Below are positions 1 through 7,923 of a DNA stretch of 64,000 nt, one piece after another. This DNA is from Patescibacteria group bacterium (GTDB lineage: Bacteria > Patescibacteriota > Patescibacteriia > UBA2591 > UBA4787): the NCBI GenBank assembly GCA_028715115.1, contig JAQUSN010000002.1, positions 4,944 through 68,943 of the forward strand, read 5' to 3'. Below the pieces are notes generated by a model, which searched no databases, was not told the DNA's origin, and was given only the letters and a program-made list of their open reading frames with translations. Position numbers and translations under genes: made by a program. Within the stretch, counting starts at the first letter, position 1. Each line of letters starts with the position of its first letter.

Positions 1-2
1 GC

Positions 3-620
3 TATCATTTGATTACCAACGACGAATGGATGGCCATTGCTCGAGACGCGGAACAAGTCCAAGCAAACTGGGCTAACAATCAAATCGGCTCGACCGTGGC
101 TTCTGGCGGCGGCTTAAAACGAGGCAATGTCGGCATTACCGATTCAGCCAGCTACAATGGCGCTGATCCGGAAAAGGGCCTAGGCAGAAATTCCAAAGCT
201 ATGTTGACCTTAAGTAACGGTTCAACTATTTGGGATATTTCTGGCAATGTCTACGAACACGTGTCTTTTACGCCGTCTGGCGCTGACGCTACCCACCAAG
301 AATTGGACCAACCAGACGATGACGATGTTTCAGGTTGGAATTACTATGAATTTACCGCTTTGAATAATAACGGGGCCAATACTTTTACTACCGGCTACAC
401 TGACGGCAAGGCGGTTTTTCGTCCCTCTGACGATACTTGGAATTCAAATTATGGTGTGGGCAAGATTTATGCCAACTCAAACTCAGCCGCTGTCACCGCT
501 CGCGTGTTCGTTCGTGGCGGCAACTGGCACAATACGTCCCGTGCCGGAGTCTTCGGCTTGGACTTGCATTGGACCGCGTCGGGTTCGAGCTACGATGTTG
601 GTTTTCGCTGCGCCCGGTAG
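3..620 (+). CDS. DGR target protein 1, FGE-sulfatase/CLec-fold C-terminus (5'-partial, runs off window)
   Basis: Frame open from window start (YHLITNDEW, like the FGE LPTEAEW motif); C-terminal RGGNW...VGFRCAR; carries VR1. Confidence 0.9.
   Translation, partial: YHLITNDEWMAIARDAEQVQANWANNQIGSTVASGGGLKRGNVGITDSASYNGADPEKGLGRNSKAMLTLSNGSTIWDISGNVYEHVSFTPSGADATHQELDQPDDDDVSGWNYYEFTALNNNGANTFTTGYTDGKAVFRPSDDTWNSNYGVGKIYANSNSAAVTARVFVRGGNWHNTSRAGVFGLDLHWTASGSSYDVGFRCAR
497..619 (+). repeat. DGR variable repeat VR1
   Basis: 123-nt ungapped match to 1683-1805; 16 mismatches, all opposite TR adenines. Confidence 0.95.
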
Positions 621-644
621 TCCCCGTAGATATTTGGTATTTGG

Positions 645-660
645 CCCGCCAGCAGGCGGG
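645..660 (+). promoter_or_regulatory. GC hairpin downstream of VR1 (candidate DGR homing cruciform)
   Basis: CCCGCC-AGCA-GGCGGG, 25 nt after VR1. Confidence 0.6.
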
Positions 661-720
661 TTGGAAATTTGGCTTTCCGACTTAATCTTGTCTGTTCCGC
701 TTCATTTGTATAATTTTTAG

Positions 721-1207
721 AAAATTTTAGAAAATAATTACGCTTTTATTGATGGAGCCAATTTACACATGGGTGTAAAAAGTTTAGGTTGGAAATTAGA
801 CCATAGAAGATTTAGAATCTGGTTAACCGAGAAGTACTCTGTCAGCAAAGCATATATTTTTATCGGCTTGATTCCGAAGAACAAAGATCTTTATACTAAT
901 CTGCAAGAAGCCGGCTTCACTCTAATTTTTAAGGAAGTTGTTTATGATGGTGACGGCAAAGGGCAATTGCGATGCCGATTTGGTCTTAAAGACAACCCAA
1001 GAAGCTTATGAAAATTTATTTGATAAAGCTGCTATTGTTTCCAGCGACGGCGATTACGCTGGGTTAGTAAAATTTCTTCAAGATAAAAATAAATTGGCGA
1101 TAGTTCTTTCGCCAAATTTAGAAAATAAATGTTCGATTTTATTAAAAAGGACAAATGCGCGCATCGCTTATCTTAACGATCAAAAATCAATTTTAGAACT
1201 AAAATGA
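721..1207 (+). pseudogene. NYN/LabA-DUF88 (PIN-like) nuclease, frameshifted
   Basis: NNYAFIDGANLH motif upstream of ORF 769-1011 with no ATG before it; KGNCDADLVL and IVSSDGDY continue in another frame (938-1207), shift near 958. Confidence 0.75.
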
Positions 1208-1326
1208 AAAAGCCCCCGATGGAGACGAGCTCCATAAGGGTCTTCTTCGTGGTGATAATGCTAGTACAATAGATTAGAGATTAAAGTCAAATTAAAATCT
1301 GTGGATAACCTTTAAAATTATTCAAA

Positions 1327-1662
1327 ATGCTTCAAAATCTACCGATTTTTCAAAAAATTTACGATTTAATCCTTTGGCTGCATCCGGTAATTAATAAATT
1401 TCCCAAGTCGCAGCGCTTTATCTTGGGCCAGCAGACGGAAAATACAGCCTTGGAAATTATCAAAAACGTCATTGCCGCCAACGCCGAAAGAAACAAGACG
1501 GCCTATCTTAAACAAGCCAGTATTGATTTAGATAAATTAAGAATTTTAATTCGTTTAAGTAAGGACTTGAAATTTATCAGTCTCAAACAATATAGCTTGG
1601 CCGCGGAGAAAATTAATGAAGTCGGCAAAATGCTCGGCGGTTGGCTGAAGAGCAGTTGTTAA
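1327..1662 (+). CDS. avd: DGR accessory variability determinant (Avd, four-helix bundle) 1
   Basis: LPIFQKIYDL...FPKSQRFILGQ...EVGKMLGGWLK; directly upstream of TR1. Confidence 0.9.
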   Translation: MLQNLPIFQKIYDLILWLHPVINKFPKSQRFILGQQTENTALEIIKNVIAANAERNKTAYLKQASIDLDKLRILIRLSKDLKFISLKQYSLAAEKINEVGKMLGGWLKSSC

Positions 1663-1682
1663 TCAAAGGGGCAAAGTCAAAG

Positions 1683-1805
1683 CGCTCACGTGTTCATTCG
1701 TGGCGGCAACTGGAACAATACGTCCAATGCCGGAGTCTTCAACTTGAACTTGAATTGGAACACGTCGAATTCGAACAACAATGTTGGTTTTCGCTGCGCC
1801 CGGTA
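1683..1805 (+). ncRNA. DGR template repeat TR1
   Basis: AAC/AAT-rich copy of VR1; differences only at A. Confidence 0.95.
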
Positions 1806-2055
1806 CTCTTTTTTCTGGCCAGAGCAAAATGTCTATGGACATGAGCCAGCGTCAGAAGACTACGGATTTTGTTCCTCTCCTTAGTAGGTCAAAGCAGTGG
1901 CAGCTAGAGGTTTGACCGAACAGGGAAACCAAAAAGCTCGTACCCTTGAGGAATCAAAGTAGTTTTTTTCGAAATCTTTCCTTAAGGCCAATGGGCTTTG
2001 GCTAAAAATAACAGGACTATTTGTGTTGTCTTGTTGTTTTTAGTCTCCGACCTTT

Positions 2056-3105
2056 TTAATCTTTCAACCACCACCAAAATTGATTTTTGAGATATTGGCC
2101 TAATTTGTAAGTATTAGCATGTGACAATACACCGAGATATGATTGGAGCGATTGTTCGAGCGTCTTCTCGCTAATTATACCATTTTTATATTCTTTAATT
2201 CGGCCCCTTAACTTTCGCATTATTCTTTGTTTCGTTTTAGTTTTGATTAGGCGGTAATAGGGTAGGAGTAGGTGGCCTAGAAAATCAATGCCCTGATCAA
2301 ATTTACGAATGATAATTTTCTTCGGATGAATTTTTAAGAATAATTTTTGCTCTAAAAGTTTTTTCATCGCTTTTAATATTTTTCTTAGATATTTTTTATC
2401 ATTAGCCACGACAATAAAATCATCTGTATAGCGCAAATATTTTTTAATTTGTAATTCATGCTTTACAAATTGGTCAAACTCGTTAAGATAGATATTCGCA
2501 AATAATTGAGAGGTCAAATTACCAATCGGGAGGCCTCTCTTTTTAAATAGATCGGATTGATTAGAGCAAAAACTTTCAATAATTTCCTTAATTAACCACA
2601 TTGCCTTGTCGTCTTTTATCTTTCTGCTGACAATTTCTAATAGAGTATCATGATCCACGCTGGCAAAGAATTTACTGATATCGCATTTGAGGATAAAACA
2701 AGGTTTGGTGTGATTAGCACTAGTAGCTCGTAGAATTTTGGTTAGACAATTCACGGCCTTGTGTGCTCCTTTGTTAATTCGACAAGAGAAAGAATGGCCG
2801 ATAAAGGTTGGTTCAAAAATTGGATTCAAAACAGTAAAAACCGCATGATGCAGTACGCGGTCACGAACCAAGGCTTTGTGAATGTGCCGTTGTTTGGGAT
2901 CGGTAATAAAGAAAGATGTGTATGGGCCATGCTTGTAAGCATGGTTTTGTAAGTCCCGGTACAATTGGAAAATATTGGGCTCTAAATTAAATTCAAACTT
3001 CAGGATATCTGATTTTTTCTTTTTATCTTGGCGAAATTCGTCCCAAGCTGAAAACAGATTTTCCAAAGAGATGATCTTTTCAAACAGATGGCTATAGATC
3101 TTCAT
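2056..3105 (-). CDS. DGR-type reverse transcriptase
   Basis: RDRVLHHA, CDISKFFASVDH, GLPIGNLTSQLFAN (DGR SQ motif), YTDD catalytic motif, GIDFLG. Confidence 0.95.
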   Translation of the reverse strand: MKIYSHLFEKIISLENLFSAWDEFRQDKKKKSDILKFEFNLEPNIFQLYRDLQNHAYKHGPYTSFFITDPKQRHIHKALVRDRVLHHAVFTVLNPIFEPTFIGHSFSCRINKGAHKAVNCLTKILRATSANHTKPCFILKCDISKFFASVDHDTLLEIVSRKIKDDKAMWLIKEIIESFCSNQSDLFKKRGLPIGNLTSQLFANIYLNEFDQFVKHELQIKKYLRYTDDFIVVANDKKYLRKILKAMKKLLEQKLFLKIHPKKIIIRKFDQGIDFLGHLLLPYYRLIKTKTKQRIMRKLRGRIKEYKNGIISEKTLEQSLQSYLGVLSHANTYKLGQYLKNQFWWWLKD

Positions 3106-3128
3106 TTTAATTTTTAATAAATAAAACT

Positions 3129-3482
3129 ATGCCCAACGAATTCGACGTTCCCATCTTAAAAAACATCTATGATCTCTACAAAATATTCTATGGTTTTCGC
3201 CACGGTGTTTCCAAACAGGATCGCTACACTATTTGGCAAAAATCAGAGAACCTGATTTTAGAGATTATTGAAGCCATTCTTTTGGCTAGCCAGCAGAGCA
3301 AGATTAATAAAGTGCCAACCCTTGAGCGAGCTAGCGCTAAACTTAACTTCTTGCGAGTTTTTATACGCTTGATGAAAGAAGTCAAAATCATTGACCAGAA
3401 AAAGTATCTAACCTTGCAAGAAGCTGTTGATGAAATTGGCCGGATGCTTGGTGGTTGGTTAAAATCTAGTAAAGATTTTTAA
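3129..3482 (+). CDS. avd: DGR Avd (four-helix bundle) 2
   Basis: VPILKNIYDLYK...KQDRYTI...EIGRMLGGWLK; lies between RT and TR2, antisense to both. Confidence 0.9.
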   Translation: MPNEFDVPILKNIYDLYKIFYGFRHGVSKQDRYTIWQKSENLILEIIEAILLASQQSKINKVPTLERASAKLNFLRVFIRLMKEVKIIDQKKYLTLQEAVDEIGRMLGGWLKSSKDF

Positions 3483-3491
3483 GACTTCAAT

Positions 3492-3518
3492 CAAAGGGCC
3501 CCTTATGGGGGCCCTTTG
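3492..3518. terminator. Strong hairpin between avd2 and TR2
   Basis: CAAAGGGCCCC / GGGGCCCTTTG 11-bp stem. Confidence 0.55.
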
Positions 3519-3535
3519 GCTTAGACAGAGAAATG

Positions 3536-3654
3536 ACTTCCGGGCCGCGGACAGACCGATGTTGTCGTTGCGGTTGTCATCCCAGTTGTTGTTGACGTTG
3601 AGACCATTCGCATCGAAGTTGCCGACGTTGACGCGGTTACCGTCCGAAGTGAGA
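3536..3654 (-). ncRNA. DGR template repeat TR2
   Basis: AAC-rich on minus strand (GNRVNVGNFDANGLNVNNNWDDNRNDNIGLSAARK); matches two VRs. Confidence 0.95.
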
Positions 3655-4085
3655 AAACTGTCTGTTTTCATCCAAATCTTCAGAAGTTGAGGTTTGCCGT
3701 TCCGTTAAGAATCTATATCCTCTTCTTCTTGTTTACCCTGAGTCGTGGGAAGGGTAGTTTATTCGAGAGTACTCCGATTAAATCAGAGATCTCCACTAAA
3801 AACAGACAAGAAGTTCTGCCTCCATCTTTTTTCACGCGCTATCGCAATCCGTAGAAAGGCGATACTCTGGTGAAGTCTCCCGCTTCCGCCGAAGCTTCGA
3901 CAGGTAGGCAAAAGAAGAGACGTTCGGCGAGGTTAAACCTTGATCTAGCCTTCATTAGCCGAACATTATTATAATATATCAATTTTAACAAAAAAGAAAG
4001 AGCCTCCACACAGAGCTACCGGTTGTGGTAGATGTAACGGAGGCTCAAGGATTCAAGAAGTGTCTAGGTCTCGATGACTCAAGAC

Positions 4086-4913
4086 TCAGAACTTCCGGGC
4101 CGCGGACAGACCGATGTGGTCGTAGCGGTAGCCATCCCAGTCGTCGACGACGAGACCATTCGCATCGAAGTAGCCGACGTAGACGCGGTAACCGCCCGAA
4201 GTGAGATCGGAGCAGCGGCCATATCTGGTCGGATTGACGTACTGACCGCTCTTCTTGAAGTACAGCATGGCCTTGGTAACTTCGGTCACAGCCGGCGGTA
4301 CCTCATAGTTGGTCGGCAGCATACTCTGTTGGTCAGCGAAGGTCTTGTCTTCGGAATTCGGTACGATCTCGAGGGGCATCAGCCGCCAACGCAACTTGCC
4401 GGTCGTTCTGACGGCGAAACGCTGGTTGCTGTACCAGGCCTCGGAACTGTACTTGTAGAACCTGGGTTGGCCCGGGGCCGGCTGCAACTGCTGCCACTTC
4501 ATGATGGTCAGCGGAGTGCCGTTGATCCGATCGAGCTCGAGGAAGGCGATGTGCGTTTCGCGAATCGTCTTGCCGGGCACGAAGGGGCACGGGCTGTTGA
4601 GCACTGTCTCGTTCCAGGGGAATCGGGCAATCTCTCGGAGCTGCTTCTTGGTGAAGCGTGCTCCGTAAAGCGCGGCCCAATCGTCAGGACCGAAGAAGCG
4701 TTCGTTACCCATCAGCTCACGGACGAGTTCCAGCGAGATCGGACTCTCGACTTCGCCGCTCAGGAAAGCTTCCGCCACCTTGCGGGCATAGTCAGGGTCG
4801 GTTCGCACACGATCCCAGTGGACCTTCGTCACTCCTCGATCTTGGAGTGCCTTGAGGGTCGATCCGATTTCTCCGAACTCCAGAGTCCAGAGACCATTTT
4901 GGTTTGTACCCAT
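4086..4913 (-). CDS. DGR target protein 2a
   Basis: C-terminal VR2a (4091-4206): 12 substitutions vs TR2, all at A, plus a 3-nt deletion. Confidence 0.9.
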   Translation of the reverse strand: MGTNQNGLWTLEFGEIGSTLKALQDRGVTKVHWDRVRTDPDYARKVAEAFLSGEVESPISLELVRELMGNERFFGPDDWAALYGARFTKKQLREIARFPWNETVLNSPCPFVPGKTIRETHIAFLELDRINGTPLTIMKWQQLQPAPGQPRFYKYSSEAWYSNQRFAVRTTGKLRWRLMPLEIVPNSEDKTFADQQSMLPTNYEVPPAVTEVTKAMLYFKKSGQYVNPTRYGRCSDLTSGGYRVYVGYFDANGLVVDDWDGYRYDHIGLSAARKF

Positions 4914-5087
4914 GGTACTTACCTCCTGTTGTGTTTGTATTCTCTTTGTCCTTTAGAGACTTTAGAGAATTTGACCTAGGCCGTAGGTCGCGGTCTCATC
5001 TTGGAATAAGACGAGCGTTTTAAAAATCAATTATCTTGATGCCCAAAACGCTCGTCTTATTGTCATCCCCTTACTTATTCTGATTAT

Positions 5088-5116
5088 ATTTTATCACATT
5101 TTTCCAAAAAAGTCAA
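5088..5116 (-). promoter_or_regulatory. sigma70-like promoter of target 2a
   Basis: TTGACT-17 nt-TAAAAT with TG extension on minus strand. Confidence 0.6.
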
Positions 5117-5228
5117 GTTCTAGCTTGATCTTTAAGATTAAAAGAAAAGAGCCCTCACCACATGACCCGCCAAGTTTGGCGGATGTAGCGAAGGCTCAAG
5201 GAATCAAAAGGCTCGAGTGTTCGAGGTT

Positions 5229-5993
5229 TTAAGCTTCGAACTTCTGGGCCGCGGACAGACCGATGCCGTCGTCGCGGTAGTCATCCCAGTCGTCGCTGAC
5301 GAGGAGACCATCCGCACCGAAGTAGCCGACGTAGACGCGGTTACCGTCCGAAGCGAGATCACTGCAACGAACGTAGACGCTTTCGAACAAGCGCTTGCCG
5401 GTGGCCAGGAAGTACAGCACCATGGTGTAGATCACCGTCTGAGCGGTGGGTGTGTATTCGTTCTCGGCCAGCAGCGCCTGCTGCTCGGAGTAGGTCTTGC
5501 CGATGGAGTTGTCCACCGGTGTCTTCCGAATCAGTTCCCAGCCGACTTTGCCGGGTTGCGAAGCGAACTTCTGGTTGTTGTACCAGTCCTGACCATAGAA
5601 GACTTTGCCCTTGCCGGCAACCAGGCGACGGATCTCGATGATCGAGGTGCCGAGGTTGGCTACCAGCAGGTGGGTGTTCTTGCAGGCTTCGAGTTCACCC
5701 TCGGTGAACGGCACTTCGGCCAGGGCCTTGATGATTTCGGGGCTCGGAGTGAGTCCGAGATGCTTGGCCGCCTCTTCGATGCCGAGCATGTTCGTGCCCA
5801 TGATGGCACGGGCACGTTCCTGCGATGTCGTCGGCGTAAAGCCGCCGGCGGTTGCGAATGTGGCCAGGCGATCGACGAAGGCGGGGTCGGCGTTGATTCG
5901 ATTGACGATCTGATCGGCGTTGTCTCCGAAAGCAACCCGGAGACGCTGTTCCGCGGCATTGAGATCGCCGGCGGGGACTTGTGTCCATTTCAT
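5229..5993 (-). CDS. DGR target protein 2b (paralog of 2a)
   Basis: VR2b (5240-5358): 14 A-specific substitutions vs TR2 plus one G>A near the 3' end; shares WYxNQxFA and RCSDL motifs with 2a. Confidence 0.9.
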   Translation of the reverse strand: MKWTQVPAGDLNAAEQRLRVAFGDNADQIVNRINADPAFVDRLATFATAGGFTPTTSQERARAIMGTNMLGIEEAAKHLGLTPSPEIIKALAEVPFTEGELEACKNTHLLVANLGTSIIEIRRLVAGKGKVFYGQDWYNNQKFASQPGKVGWELIRKTPVDNSIGKTYSEQQALLAENEYTPTAQTVIYTMVLYFLATGKRLFESVYVRCSDLASDGNRVYVGYFGADGLLVSDDWDDYRDDGIGLSAAQKFEA

Positions 5994-6209
5994 GGCAGAC
6001 TCCTTTCTCTGTTGACCCTTTGAGATTATTGCTGGGCGACTAGATGAGGATTTTGGGCTTACGATCCCTGTTTACGACCTGTCTCGGGAATGAGGCAAGT
6101 TATCTAAAGACCATTGTTTAATGATTTCCAGATAACTTGTCTCATTTTTTCTCTTGAATTCCTAATATATTTTGAGTTGTAAAGAACCTCCTTTGATTCT
6201 TATGCATAT

Positions 6210-6237
6210 ATTATAGCACAAAATAGGAAAAAGTCAA
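6210..6237 (-). promoter_or_regulatory. sigma70-like promoter of target 2b
   Basis: TTGACT-16 nt-TATAAT with TG extension. Confidence 0.6.
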
Positions 6238-6283
6238 GAGCAAATTTTTGGCTTAAAATAAGTAGGGTTTGATGATTTTACGG

Positions 6284-7618
6284 TTATTTATTCTCTTCCA
6301 TTACGGTAATCTTTTTATCTTTGTATTTTAATTTGCTTTTTAGATTAGCCAGTAGCTCCCGTTTGTCTGAGATACCGCCTTCTTTTAAGAGATACTTAGC
6401 ATATTCGCGGATATTAACTTCACTTTCTTCAACCAAGGTTGGCGCGGTTTTGGTATTGCTGTCAACGATTTTTCTTAATTTATTAAATCTTTTAATTTCA
6501 TCTTGGAGCTTAACTCTTATCCCCAGTTCATTGATACTTACAATATCTATAATCTTAAACAATTCGTCAATTAATTCCTCTTCCCTAATATATTTATTTT
6601 TACAGTTTCTATCTTTGGCCCTTGAGCAGCCGTAATAAATATAATGAGCCGAGCTGCCATCTTTGAGGGTTTTCCATTTTTCTTCAGCCGATATTCCTGA
6701 CCCGCAATAGCCGCAAGTGAATAGTTTAGTGAAGGCGAACTCCTTGTTTTCTCGGACGATCTGATCTCTTTTTAATTGTGCTTTGGCCTTTTCAAATAAT
6801 TCCTGAGTGATAATTGGCTGATGTTTGCCGGTATACCAGTTGCCGCTGCCTCGGGGATGTTCAAAAGCTCCATAATAGAACGAATTGTCTAGAATGCGAT
6901 AAATCCCGCTTAGGGTTAGCGGCTTATTGCCTCGAGTATAGAAGTTCAGCTCGAATCTTAGCCAGTTGTACAGCTTAATGCCGGAACAATATTCGTAAGC
7001 AACCTTTTCGAACATTTTTTTAATTATTGGAGCCCTAGCCGGATCAACGACGATCTGGCATTTTTTATCCATCAATTTTTGGTTTAGATATCCAAGGGGA
7101 GCTAGTCCGGGCCATAAGCCCATTTCTACCCTAGTGCGCAATCCTCGTTTAACGTTAATACTGCGATTATCATTTTCCAGTTTAGCTTGCGAACCCAATA
7201 TCATTAACAGAAATTTCTCGTTAGGGTTATTGGTAAATTTTTGGCCAAACGTACGAATCTCTATTAAAAGCTTGGCATCCATTAAATCAACTATTTTACC
7301 CAGATCGCCGGCATTTCTTGAAATTCTATCTGGCGCCCAAGTCAAAATAGCGTTATATTTTCCCTGTTTGATTTCTTCGATAATCTCATTGAAGATCGGC
7401 CTCTGTCCTGCTTCTTTGGCTGAATGCGACTCACGCTTCACGGCCGTGACCTCCAAGTTTTCCTTTTCGGCCAATTGAAACATTTCTTTAATCTGGCTAT
7501 CAATCGACAGTACCTGTCTTTCTTCACTTTCAGTGCTTTTTCTAGCATAAAGGCAATATTTAGCCTTAATTACTTGATTAAGTCCTTGATTTTTTGCTAA
7601 GGTTTTTGTTTGTTCCAT
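6284..7618 (-). CDS. Large serine recombinase (resolvase + recombinase + Zn ribbon)
   Basis: YCLYARKSTE catalytic Ser, WAPDRISRN, CGYCG...YYGC. Confidence 0.92.
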   Translation of the reverse strand: MEQTKTLAKNQGLNQVIKAKYCLYARKSTESEERQVLSIDSQIKEMFQLAEKENLEVTAVKRESHSAKEAGQRPIFNEIIEEIKQGKYNAILTWAPDRISRNAGDLGKIVDLMDAKLLIEIRTFGQKFTNNPNEKFLLMILGSQAKLENDNRSINVKRGLRTRVEMGLWPGLAPLGYLNQKLMDKKCQIVVDPARAPIIKKMFEKVAYEYCSGIKLYNWLRFELNFYTRGNKPLTLSGIYRILDNSFYYGAFEHPRGSGNWYTGKHQPIITQELFEKAKAQLKRDQIVRENKEFAFTKLFTCGYCGSGISAEEKWKTLKDGSSAHYIYYGCSRAKDRNCKNKYIREEELIDELFKIIDIVSINELGIRVKLQDEIKRFNKLRKIVDSNTKTAPTLVEESEVNIREYAKYLLKEGGISDKRELLANLKSKLKYKDKKITVMEENK

Positions 7619-7923
7619 AGGTTTTTGTCTTATTGGTTACTATGGAAAGGAATGACAAAACTGCTCAAAGAGTCCAGAGCAGAGGAGTAGACAACCTGTC
7701 GGTAACTAAGCTTCACTTTTTACTTTGTTATGTTAAGATATAAGCACAATTAATTTGCCTAAACCCATGGATTTCTGTGGGCATGGCAATAAAAACCGGT
7801 AAAGGATATTAAGCTCGTCGTCAGAGCTCCTTTACCGGTCATATCCTCGAAAGGGGGTATGGGTAGCGCAAGCTATCGCTGGCGGCGAGCTTTGTGTTTT
7901 CCGCCAAATAGTAATTTTATTTT

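Noticed and set aside
1690-1884. Asn-rich 64-aa ORF (also 3459-3671)
   Set aside because: These are in-frame translations of the DGR template repeats, not credible proteins.
2056-3105. Group II intron or retron RT
   Set aside because: SQ motif, small size and flanking Avd/TR/VR identify it as DGR-type; no maturase/endonuclease extension or msr/msd was seen.
4074-6023. Long + strand ORFs (301 and 268 aa)
   Set aside because: Antisense shadows of the GC-rich DGR target genes; the A-specific mismatch pattern fixes the coding strand as minus.
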